From a virus (lineage: Duplodnaviria > Caudoviricetes): DNA of 55,168 nt. Shown one piece after another: positions 38,934-47,448 of the stretch (the stretch's first letter is position 1; every line of letters begins with the position of its first letter). Below the pieces are notes generated by a model. The model had not been told where the DNA came from and searched no databases. It saw only the letters and a list, made by a program, of their open reading frames with translations. The DNA lies in IMG/VR virus record IMGVR_UViG_3300031673_000058, positions 1 to 55,168 of that record. One strand, 5' to 3'. Made by a program: the position numbers and the translations under genes.

Positions 38934-40986
38934 ATCGATTGCACTGTGGAACATTCGACCCTCACGCTGGCAGCCGCGCGAGCCGCAATTCGATGCCGAG
39001 TCTCTGACCGAACTCGCGCAGAGCATCCACGAGCATGGCCTCATTCATGCGATCCTCGTCTTTGGCTGTCCCGACGAGGACGGGTACACTGTTTGGGAGT
39101 TGATCGCCGGAGAGAGACGCGCGCGCGCCACCATCGCCCTGGAACTGGCAGAGTTATTCCCGCAGCACACGCTGGCGGAGTGGTGCACCAGGCTTGCCAA
39201 TGTGGGGCTGGCCGGGCTAGGGGAGGAGGAGCGCGCAGCGCTGAAGACGGCGCAGGCCACCATCCCCGCGCAGGTCTATCCCGCCGGCGATCTGAAGGTG
39301 CTACACCTCCTCGCCGTCATCGAGAATCTGGACCGCGCCGATCTCTCACCTATCGAGGAAGCGCGGGCTTACAAGGGATTGCTGGATGAGTACGGCTGGT
39401 CCCAGCGCGAACTGGCGGCGCACGTCAACAAATCCCAGGGCTACATCGCGCAGCGCCTGGCGATCCTGGGGCTGCCCCAGAGCGCGCAGGAGGCCGTGAG
39501 TACGCGCGTACTCAGTTTCTCGCACGCGCGGGCGCTGGCCGCCGTACCGGAGGCGCTTCAGGAAAGCATGACTGCCTGGACAGTGGCGGCGGTGCAGCAG
39601 GATAACAATCCGCTCACGTCGCGCCAGGTGGAGAACCGTCTGCGACAGGTCGCAGCCTTCGTCGATCCGGCGCGCTGGGAACCCAACGGAGAGACAATCT
39701 ACACGCCCGAACAGCGCAACCGGTTGCGCGTGATTCGCGGGATTTTGCAAAGCGAGGGCGATGATATTGCCAAACGCACCGACGCCATCCTGCTGCTGGC
39801 CGAGTCTGGCTATTCTAAAACCAATCTCCTGAATGTTAGACCGATTGAAGTGGTCAGTGATCGAGTCCACACATCCATGGTTATTGCGGCCCTATCCGGT
39901 AGTGAGCTCGACGAAGACAAGCGCATTGAAACTGCCGGCATGCTGTGCCATAACTGCGTGTGGGTGCAGGCTTGGGGTGAACTCTCGGCATATCCAAACC
40001 TTCCAATACCGTGCGCCAGGATCGAGCATCCAACCGCGCGCGCGTGCTCGAATTACATCGGCCCGGTTGATCCGGTCGTGATCCCCCTGTATTCGTGGGA
40101 CCTGCGGCGCGAGGCCGAAAGAATTGAGGGCGTGACGCTGATCACGGAACCCTTCCTCCACTTAACGAGCGTAGAGGAGTTCATCACGCTCTACCGGCAC
40201 ACGGCCACGTTCAGGATGAATCAGGACGACACACACGAACAGGCTGTGGCGCGCAAGCACATCGAGAAAATTCGCGAGTATTACGAATGGCAGCGAGATC
40301 TGCCGGATGCGTGGCGCGCGCACTTCCAGGCGCACGCTTGCGAGAAGTGCGTCCACTACGCGCCGTCGCTCATAGAGCAAGGGGATCCGCCCTGCGCTCT
40401 GGTCGTCAATCCGCTGGAAAAACGCGAGTATGGCAAGATGACCTACTGCGCGCCAGAGTTCGGTTGCCTGGTGCAATCCACTGGCCAACTCGCGCCGCGC
40501 TGCGAAGCGTTCGCCTACCGCGAGTTGCCGGGTTTCGCTTTCCCGGAGTATATGCTGATCAATCTCCCGGCGCGCAGTCGCGTTTTGGCCTGGTTGGAGG
40601 CCATCGCCGGGCAGGCCAAGAGCAACTACACGAATCATGTGCTCTGGGGTAGTTTCTCGTGGCTCAACTACGGTCGCACAATGGGGCACACTGCCGTGGA
40701 TTGGCCGGCGTTCAAAAAATGGCTCGGCGCGCATTGGGACGAACTCGGCGACGCGGCGGTCGCGCACCTCATCGATGTGGCCGTGAGTGAGCTGGAGCTT
40801 TTCCGGCACGTCGATACCGAGTTCGCGCTGCTCAACGCGACCGATACTCAGCCTGAGATATGGCGACGGCTCACATTCCCGTTTTCGTACTATCAAGAGC
40901 ACACTTACAGCATACCGCCTCATTGGCCGGAGGATTGGCCGAAACCGTGGGAGGGAGAATCACGGATAAGAGAAATGAATGATTAA
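38923..40986 (+). CDS. ParB/Spo0J-family protein with a long Cys-rich C-terminal extension
   Basis: QPR, LAQSIHEHGLI, LIAGERR, IENLDRADLSPIEEA, HTH WSQRELAAHVNKSQGYI. Confidence 0.88.
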   Translation: MKTESIALWNIRPSRWQPREPQFDAESLTELAQSIHEHGLIHAILVFGCPDEDGYTVWELIAGERRARATIALELAELFPQHTLAEWCTRLANVGLAGLGEEERAALKTAQATIPAQVYPAGDLKVLHLLAVIENLDRADLSPIEEARAYKGLLDEYGWSQRELAAHVNKSQGYIAQRLAILGLPQSAQEAVSTRVLSFSHARALAAVPEALQESMTAWTVAAVQQDNNPLTSRQVENRLRQVAAFVDPARWEPNGETIYTPEQRNRLRVIRGILQSEGDDIAKRTDAILLLAESGYSKTNLLNVRPIEVVSDRVHTSMVIAALSGSELDEDKRIETAGMLCHNCVWVQAWGELSAYPNLPIPCARIEHPTARACSNYIGPVDPVVIPLYSWDLRREAERIEGVTLITEPFLHLTSVEEFITLYRHTATFRMNQDDTHEQAVARKHIEKIREYYEWQRDLPDAWRAHFQAHACEKCVHYAPSLIEQGDPPCALVVNPLEKREYGKMTYCAPEFGCLVQSTGQLAPRCEAFAYRELPGFAFPEYMLINLPARSRVLAWLEAIAGQAKSNYTNHVLWGSFSWLNYGRTMGHTAVDWPAFKKWLGAHWDELGDAAVAHLIDVAVSELELFRHVDTEFALLNATDTQPEIWRRLTFPFSYYQEHTYSIPPHWPEDWPKPWEGESRIREMND

Positions 40987-41000
40987 GGAGATGAAGAACG

Positions 41001-41180
41001 ATGATAGACACACGTTGTCCAAATTGCAATGTAGATATTGAACAACAGCTCAAAGAGCAAGTTCTCGATGGTGCAGGATTGTACTTCGAGTACGAATGTG
41101 CGTGCGGGGAAATTCTCGATGTTGAGGTTGAAATGTATATCGAGTTCGACATCAGACAAAAGCCCATTAAGGGCGTTTAA
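41001..41180 (+). CDS. Small zinc-ribbon protein (59 aa)
   Basis: Manually translated: RCPNC...YFEYECACGEILDVEVE. Confidence 0.6.
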   Translation: MIDTRCPNCNVDIEQQLKEQVLDGAGLYFEYECACGEILDVEVEMYIEFDIRQKPIKGV

Positions 41181-41256
41181 CAGGCGTTTTGTAAAGAAAA
41201 TCTTTACATTGCAGTCGTAAATCTATAGATTAAGAATCTCTAAAAATGACCGTTAA
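41157..41256. other. Tripartite site 6
   Basis: CAAAAGCCCATTAA-gggcgt-TTAACAGGCGTTTT ... AAAATGACCGTTAA; 80-bp unit 41177-41256. Confidence 0.85.
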
Positions 41257-41266
41257 TCAGGAGGAT

Positions 41267-41539
41267 ATGATGGCACAAGGAAAATTTACCAAACAGGAAG
41301 CAGCGGAAACAAGAAAGGCCGTTCAGGAAATGTGGGAAGCCCTCACGAAGGCCAAGCGAATGGAATATTTCGGGAATCTCAACGACATTTTTCTTTTTCT
41401 GGATGCTGCTGAATTTATCGCCCCAGATGAGAATGCGGGTAGCACTCTCCTATCAGAAGTATCGTTTGATCCCACTGAAGACGATTTGCCTTCTCTCACC
41501 ACAGCGGAACGGGAGAAAATTCTAAAGGAGGCAGCATGA
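41267..41539 (+). CDS. Hypothetical protein
   Basis: RBS AGGAGG; ATGA overlap with parA. Confidence 0.55.
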   Translation: MMAQGKFTKQEAAETRKAVQEMWEALTKAKRMEYFGNLNDIFLFLDAAEFIAPDENAGSTLLSEVSFDPTEDDLPSLTTAEREKILKEAA

Positions 41540-42300
41540 GCGTAAAGGTGATCGCTATCGCATCGCAGAAGGGAGGGGTGGGCAAGACGACCACGGTGGT
41601 CAATGCGGCCCACGGTCTGGCCCTCAAAGGCAAGGAAGTGCTCGTCATCGATTTCGATCCGCAGGGGCAGGTGAGTGTGGCCCTGGGGATGAAGCAGGAC
41701 GATTGTGTTTTCGATGTGTGCATCGGCGGCAGTGAGGTCGCGCAGGCGCTCCGCGCGACAGATCGGCAGCGCCTGTGGGCCATCCCTGGCTATAAGCGCA
41801 CGGCGACGGCGCAGACGGTGCTGCTGGCCGAAGGCGAGGATATTCTGGTTACGGCGAAGAATCGCTTTGTCAAGCCCTTTAACGGGCGGCCCGATTTCAT
41901 CGTGTTCGATACCGCGCCCTCCGTGGGCGGTTTGCAGGAAGCGGCGATGTTCGCTGCCGACCTGGTGATCGTTCCCGCTGCGACGGACTATCTCGCGCTG
42001 TTCGGCGTGACCGGGGTGCTGCAAACGCTGGACGCGCTGCGCAAGCGGGGTTGGAAAGGGCATGTGATCGTTCTGCCGACGTTCTTCGACGAGATCACCA
42101 AACACAGCAAGACGCAGTTGGCGCTGCTCACGGGGCGCATCAGCGCGATGGGTGTGGAGGTGCTGCCGGCGATCCACAGGGCGACGGAACAGCGTGAGGC
42201 TACGTCGGAGGGGAAGACGATCTTCGAGTATGCGCCTACCAGCCGCACAGCGCAGGAATATGCGGCGCTGGTCTGGAAAATCCTGGGGGTGCTCAAATGA
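41536..42300 (+). CDS. parA: ParA/Soj ATPase
   Basis: QKGGVGKTT, DFDPQG, DTAP. Confidence 0.93.
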   Translation: MSVKVIAIASQKGGVGKTTTVVNAAHGLALKGKEVLVIDFDPQGQVSVALGMKQDDCVFDVCIGGSEVAQALRATDRQRLWAIPGYKRTATAQTVLLAEGEDILVTAKNRFVKPFNGRPDFIVFDTAPSVGGLQEAAMFAADLVIVPAATDYLALFGVTGVLQTLDALRKRGWKGHVIVLPTFFDEITKHSKTQLALLTGRISAMGVEVLPAIHRATEQREATSEGKTIFEYAPTSRTAQEYAALVWKILGVLK

Positions 42301-42626
42301 AGCAGGACCCGTTTGCCGGACTTCCGACCGCAACCGTATCCGTCGAGCCGACCGAGGCCGTGCCCGATGTGCTGGAGCACCGGCCCAGCACGGCGCAGCG
42401 CGACCGCGATTGGGAGAAGAAGCAGCGCAAGAACGGCGACGTGGCGACCTATCGCGGCATCCCCAAGCACTTGCAACACGAGATCGTCCGCATTGCGGAT
42501 AAGCACCACGTGCCGGTCGGCGAGGTGGCGCGCGCTTTCCTGGAATACGCGCTGGTGGGGTACGAGCAGGGGACGTTGACGTTCACTCCGCAGTTCGGGC
42601 CGGGGAAGTTGACGTTGTATCCGTAG
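42297..42626 (+). CDS. Small ParA partner, ribbon-helix-helix-like
   Basis: Coupled to parA; ATYRGIPKHLQHEIVRIADKHHVPVGEVARAFL. Confidence 0.55.
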   Translation: MKQDPFAGLPTATVSVEPTEAVPDVLEHRPSTAQRDRDWEKKQRKNGDVATYRGIPKHLQHEIVRIADKHHVPVGEVARAFLEYALVGYEQGTLTFTPQFGPGKLTLYP

Positions 42627-42682
42627 GGGTAGATGGGGATAAGAATGTGTTAGGCCGCCAAGCACGGCAAAGGGGTGTATCT

Positions 42683-42952
42683 ATGAAAAGACTTTTTGAG
42701 CGATGCCCAAGTTGTAATACTGACCTATCGAACGCTCTGTCGCGCTATTTTCACGGCAGCGGGGATTACCAAACGTATTTTGAGTATACGTGCAGCGGGT
42801 GCGGCGCTGTACTGGAAATCGAGGTCGAAGCGATACCGCAGTTCTATTGCACGCTGAAAGGCGGCCTAACACCCGTTGCACCCGACGCCGCTTGCACGCC
42901 TGACAGCGACGGAGACGACACGGACCGCCGCGCCGCTGAACACGACGGTTAG
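42683..42952 (+). CDS. Cassette 1: zinc-ribbon protein
   Basis: CPSC...CSGC; stop codon lies inside the R' box. Confidence 0.6.
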   Translation: MKRLFERCPSCNTDLSNALSRYFHGSGDYQTYFEYTCSGCGAVLEIEVEAIPQFYCTLKGGLTPVAPDAACTPDSDGDDTDRRAAEHDG

Positions 42953-42969
42953 ACCGCAAAGGGTGAATT

Positions 42970-43245
42970 ATGGGAATGAGTGACGATTTTTACAGAGGGA
43001 TACTCGTTGCGTTGGAAATCATTACGTTGCACGATGATCAAGTCATTTTTGACGAAATTGTGCAATCTGTCGGCGTGAGAAATCTGGTGCGTGTGGCGCG
43101 CAAAGACAATGAAATGCGGCGCAGCGGACTTACGAAATACGGCTATGGAAAGCGGCCTAACACCGCTTCGAGCGGACGCGGCTTTGTTGGCGGCTGCGGC
43201 TCAACCCAAGCCGTTAGGCGGAAACGCCTCGGAGATATGCAATGA
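42970..43245 (+). CDS. Cassette 2: hypothetical protein
   Basis: Starts just after attC1; reads through attC2. Confidence 0.55.
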   Translation: MGMSDDFYRGILVALEIITLHDDQVIFDEIVQSVGVRNLVRVARKDNEMRRSGLTKYGYGKRPNTASSGRGFVGGCGSTQAVRRKRLGDMQ

Positions 43246-43670
43246 TATGGTACGTCTTTTACAAACCAAATCTATTTGATAGCTCACAAGCACTGAGGAT
43301 AAATTGCGCAATACAAGAGCGAGCAGAGAAAGCGGCGCTTAAAGATCTTCAGGAAATGCCAGGCGCAAAACTGCTTGATATTCTTCCGGGTTCTGCTGTG
43401 TGCCCGGAATGTTATCACCCGTGGGACATTCATAAGCAGAGATGTACCGCAGAAATCAAGATGAGTATTGAGGGGGTTTTGTATGAGCATCAGTGTTCGT
43501 GTAGGCGGCGTTCACGCCGAACACCGATTGGAGCGAACGCGGCTATCAACTCAGATGGCGGCGAGCAGACTACAGCTGCCGCGCCGCTCAAGCATGACGG
43601 TGGCGCGATCTTTCTAGGAGAGATCGGCGTCTCGGTTGACAACCCCGCAGATGACATTGAGGGATTTTAG
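43242..43670 (+). CDS. Cassette 3: hypothetical Cys/His protein
   Basis: CPECYHPWDIH...C...CSC; reads through attC3. Confidence 0.55.
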   Translation: MIWYVFYKPNLFDSSQALRINCAIQERAEKAALKDLQEMPGAKLLDILPGSAVCPECYHPWDIHKQRCTAEIKMSIEGVLYEHQCSCRRRSRRTPIGANAAINSDGGEQTTAAAPLKHDGGAIFLGEIGVSVDNPADDIEGF

Positions 43671-43683
43671 ATGATTTTGCTCT

Positions 43684-43764
43684 GCCGCTTACCACGATGT
43701 TTACACTATGTAAACACGCCGCTTACAGGGTGTATACAGGCTTGTAAGCGGCAATGTAAGCGGC
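43684..43764. repeat. Nested inverted repeat cluster
   Basis: GCCGCTTAC x2, TGTAAGCGGC x2, internal TGTTTACA-cta-TGTAAACA. Confidence 0.75.
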
Positions 43765-43907
43765 ATAGGGCTAGATTCCAACGGAGCGCTGTTTTTTACG
43801 GACGGGCAGTATGATCCTATCAATAACGGTAATCAGGGCGTAGAGATCAATTTAAGCGCAGTCGGCGCAATGCAGTTTTAGGCCGCAAATCAGAAAAAGA
43901 GGCATCA

Positions 43908-44126
43908 ATGACGGAGACCGTATCATTCGATAAGCTAGACTGGCGGGTGCGGGTAACGCTGGAGCGGCTTGCAAGCAATATCCCAGCCGCCGTCAAGGTG
44001 CTCGACGAGGAAGGTTTTAGCAACCTCGCCGGTCAATTGACTAGGGATGCTGAGAATCTAGCCTACTGGCTAGAGCAGGGCGGCCTAGTTGCAGGCGACG
44101 GAGATGCCCGTATTCCTAAACTGTAA
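43908..44126 (+). CDS. Hypothetical protein
   Basis: RBS GAGG. Confidence 0.5.
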   Translation: MTETVSFDKLDWRVRVTLERLASNIPAAVKVLDEEGFSNLAGQLTRDAENLAYWLEQGGLVAGDGDARIPKL

Positions 44127-44159
44127 TTCATAATTCGTAATTTCCATAGGAGCTACACC

Positions 44160-44393
44160 ATGCAAATCGGACTACTCTGGAACGACGCGAAACCACCCGC
44201 GCTGGCGGTCCCGCTGGCCGCGGCGCGGTACGCGGAGAGGTTCGGCGCGCCGCCGAACACATGCTACGTCCATCCGGCGGCGTTACCGGATGGGGAGGTC
44301 GTCATCGGTGAGGTGCGGGTACGGACGTCGCCGAGGGTGCTGAAGCAGCATTATTGGATCGGGGTGGAGGTGGACTTATGCCAGCCATCGTGA
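44160..44393 (+). CDS. Hypothetical protein
   Basis: RBS AGGAG; RFGAPPNTCYVHP. Confidence 0.6.
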   Translation: MQIGLLWNDAKPPALAVPLAAARYAERFGAPPNTCYVHPAALPDGEVVIGEVRVRTSPRVLKQHYWIGVEVDLCQPS

Positions 44394-44528
44394 TCGTTGC
44401 CATCATCGTTTTCGGAGCGATCTTCTACCACGTCATTCACAGCGCGCCTTATCAATGCCCGCAGTGCGGCGCGATCATACAACGTTATGACTACTGCCAC
44501 AAATGTGGATGGCAGGCTAGGAGGAGAG

Positions 44529-45590
44529 ATGACGTATAGTCCTAACAATCAAGGCGGCTTTGGCGGTGGGGGATTCTCGCAGCCTGGTGGACGCACCATA
44601 CGCCAAGAAAATAAGCAAACCGAGCTAGAGCTTCCAGCGATGCAGGCCGGGCTGCGGGCGATAGCTGATGTGATCGCTGTGATCCTGGTGCTGGTCGCGC
44701 TCACGCTTCTGGGCCGGTGGGTGATCTGGGGACTCGTGTCCCTGTTTTTCTTCAGCGAGATGTGGGATAAATTTCTCGATAATCTGATCGGGAAATTCTA
44801 TGGCGCAGGCGCGGGTACACTTGAAATCGGCGCGGTTATTGTCAAGTGGGGCTGGATCATCGTGGGCTACTTGGTGTTGAAGCTGATCTTTCCCTTTACC
44901 TGGACGATGGAAGCTCTATGGATACAATTTTCAACGATTGAACCGGCGTGGCCTTTCGTCTGGGGTGTCGCGACGATGGCGCCGCTTCCTTTCCGCCCAC
45001 TGGCGCGGATAGTCTGGCTAATTATTTGCATTGTCCCGCTGGCCTCGCTGCGCCCGCTGCGCGACCGGATGCTCTGGGCTTTGTGGGAGTTTACGCCATA
45101 CGGGCCGGTGGATATTGCGACGTTGGGCATCGATCCGCACAAGTGGGGAGCGGAGAAGGCGTCCCCACAATCCGCGCAAAACAATGAGATGGGCGTGATC
45201 TTTGAGCGCACGGATTTCGAGCCGCACGTTGAGCGCCTTGCCGAGGGGGTATATATTTCGAATGGCACAGGACGGTCGTCGTTGCGCATCGATATGCGTT
45301 GGGTGACGGAGGAGCAGTGGGAAACCGTCGCGCGCATGGTCGTCGTAGAGCAGCAGCCATTCGACGAAAGCACGCTGGGGCGTGGGCGCGTTTTTCCTAC
45401 GCACGGGGCGTTCTCGACGACGTATAACGCCAATCTTGGGTATCGCTTTTTCCGCGATCAGATGATTGAGGCTGGCCGTGTTGAGCGCGTCAGCAATCAT
45501 CCTAATGCGGGGGTGACGTTGACGCCAGCCGGAGAAGATTTTTTGCGACGGCGTTTTCTGGACGGGAATGAAGGAGATGATGATGCTTGA
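44529..45590 (+). CDS. Multi-pass membrane protein with soluble C-terminal domain
   Basis: Several TM segments; RBS AGGAGG. Confidence 0.7.
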   Translation: MTYSPNNQGGFGGGGFSQPGGRTIRQENKQTELELPAMQAGLRAIADVIAVILVLVALTLLGRWVIWGLVSLFFFSEMWDKFLDNLIGKFYGAGAGTLEIGAVIVKWGWIIVGYLVLKLIFPFTWTMEALWIQFSTIEPAWPFVWGVATMAPLPFRPLARIVWLIICIVPLASLRPLRDRMLWALWEFTPYGPVDIATLGIDPHKWGAEKASPQSAQNNEMGVIFERTDFEPHVERLAEGVYISNGTGRSSLRIDMRWVTEEQWETVARMVVVEQQPFDESTLGRGRVFPTHGAFSTTYNANLGYRFFRDQMIEAGRVERVSNHPNAGVTLTPAGEDFLRRRFLDGNEGDDDA

Positions 45591-46116
45591 TACAGGATTA
45601 CAGATGCTTTTTGGCACGCCGGTCGCACTGGCAGATGATACCCCTGCTCGTCAGTCGTTGGTCAGTCGTCCGTTGGTCAGTCAGAGAGGGGGTGACGAAC
45701 GACTGACGAACGAAAGTGGGGTGGGGGGCCTCGCGGGCCTGTCTGCGGCGCACGTGGCGGCGGTGCTGCCGGCGTTGGTCGCGGGGATCGTGCAGCGCCC
45801 GGTCGTCTCGATCTCGCTGGTCGAGCAGTATGGGCGGGTCATGATAGCGCGCGTTGTGCCCTATGCGCAGGTTGATCCGGTGCTGCCGCTGGTCATGGGG
45901 CTACGGTCGCCTGGCTATTTGTACTGGTATCGCCGGTACTGGTCGGCGCTGATGCTGTTATTGGGCGGGTTCCCCACAGCGCTGCGGCGCGTCGAGCGGA
46001 TGAAGCGCCGTCTGCTGATGCAGTTATTCGGCCTGGGGTTGGAGGCGCGCGAGATCGCGTATTTCCAGACGTGGCTGGAGCATGGGAGCCTGGGGGATTA
46101 CACGTTAGGAGAGTAG
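45577..46116 (+). CDS. Hypothetical protein
   Basis: RBS AAGGAG; internal GTCAGTCG repeats. Confidence 0.5.
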   Translation: MMMLDTGLQMLFGTPVALADDTPARQSLVSRPLVSQRGGDERLTNESGVGGLAGLSAAHVAAVLPALVAGIVQRPVVSISLVEQYGRVMIARVVPYAQVDPVLPLVMGLRSPGYLYWYRRYWSALMLLLGGFPTALRRVERMKRRLLMQLFGLGLEAREIAYFQTWLEHGSLGDYTLGE

Positions 46117-46118
46117 CC

Positions 46119-47018
46119 ATGACGCTCGCGATTACAACGCCGCAACAACTTTGGACTACGGCTCTCGGAGAGCTCGAACTACAGATGACGCGGGCGACGT
46201 TCGACACGTGGCTGCGGGACACGCAGTGCATCGGGCGCGACGAAGACAATACGCTCGTCATCACCGTGAAGAATGGCTACGCGGTGGAGTGGCTGGAGAA
46301 CCGGCTCTATCCGGTCATCGAGCGCACCTTGCAGCGCGTGACCGGGAACGGGACGCTGGCACGGTTTGTGATCAACGAACCAAAGCGCGCCAGGCCCACC
46401 GTTACCCTACCAGACATTCCGGCTACCTACGATCTCGTCGCAGAACTGGCCGACGTGCTGCGGAATGTGATTGACCCCGCAACCCGCAAGCTCCTCCAGG
46501 AGCGCATCGCCGCCATTCAGGGGGTGCCTGAGCCAGAGCCACCCACCCCACCCGTAGACTTCGACACTTACGGCAAAGCCGGCGGCGGCTGGTATCCCAT
46601 CAGCAATTACGCGGATGCTTTCTGGAAGCCTTTGCTGCGCGAGCGCAAAGCCTTCCTGACCTACACCACCATCCGCGCGCTGGACAAAAACGCGGCCAGC
46701 AGCGAGTGGACGCAGATGAAACACGTGCCGATCCGCGAGATTATGCAGCGTGTGCCGTGCTCGCGCAATACAATCTTGGGAGAAATGCGCGGTGGAGTCT
46801 ACCGGTCTGGCGCGCTCGATATGCTGCGAGAGGCCGGTCTGGCGCGGCTCGAGGTGCATGGCGACGACAAACACACGACGTATCACGTTTCAGTCGTGAC
46901 AAAACTGCCGCTGCTGACAGCGGTACAGGCACAACAGCTTTCCGACGAGTTACAGGCTCAGCACCGGGCTTTCCTGGTGCAGCACAGCATCGATCCGACG
47001 CCCTGGGAACCAGATTAA
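46119..47018 (+). CDS. Replication initiator-like protein with a DnaA N-terminal domain
   Basis: LWTTALGELELQMTRATFDTWLRDT...NGYAVEWLENRL; C-terminal wHTH-like region. Confidence 0.75.
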   Translation: MTLAITTPQQLWTTALGELELQMTRATFDTWLRDTQCIGRDEDNTLVITVKNGYAVEWLENRLYPVIERTLQRVTGNGTLARFVINEPKRARPTVTLPDIPATYDLVAELADVLRNVIDPATRKLLQERIAAIQGVPEPEPPTPPVDFDTYGKAGGGWYPISNYADAFWKPLLRERKAFLTYTTIRALDKNAASSEWTQMKHVPIREIMQRVPCSRNTILGEMRGGVYRSGALDMLREAGLARLEVHGDDKHTTYHVSVVTKLPLLTAVQAQQLSDELQAQHRAFLVQHSIDPTPWEPD

Positions 47019-47028
47019 ACCGACAGAC

Positions 47029-47300
47029 GTTTGATGTCAAAATTGACATCAGCTGATGTCAATTTTGACATCAAACACAGGAACGAACCCCGGAACAAGG
47101 TCTTGTTCCGGGGCTTTTTTTGCCTACGGTTTTGTGAATTTTTCCGGGATACGCATTTACCGATGTCACTTTCCCGCAGAAATACTTAACCGTGATGTCA
47201 AAATTGACATCACGGTTAAGTATTTACATTAACGGCAGGGGGGGAAGAAGAAAAATAAAGAAAAATTAAAAAACAAAGAGATTCTATCCTTTCTTAAAAG
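47029..47300. other. Putative replication origin: long palindromes plus A-rich tract
   Basis: Perfect 48-bp palindrome 47029-47076; 46-bp palindrome 47180-47225; three GATGTCAAAATTGACATC units. Confidence 0.6.
47087..47121 (+). terminator. Intrinsic terminator
   Basis: CCCCGGAACAAG-gt-CTTGTTCCGGGG followed by a T-run. Confidence 0.8.
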
Positions 47301-47448
47301 AAGAGGGGTTGCGCTGTTTTGAGAATTTCGGTAAATCGGGGAATTAGTAGACGCGGTGGACGGTGTAGACAGATGTGAAAGAAGGGATTCGTGGGATATA
47401 ATGAATTAAGATAGTTAAACAACAAACCGGGCTAGACAGGAGGGTGAA

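Larger units (their letters stand above)
42649..43606 (+). mobile_element. Integron-like gene cassette array (three cassettes, no IntI)
   Basis: GTTAGGC entry at 42649; attC-like sites at 42864-42954, 43155-43219 and 43516-43606 (degenerate). Confidence 0.72.
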
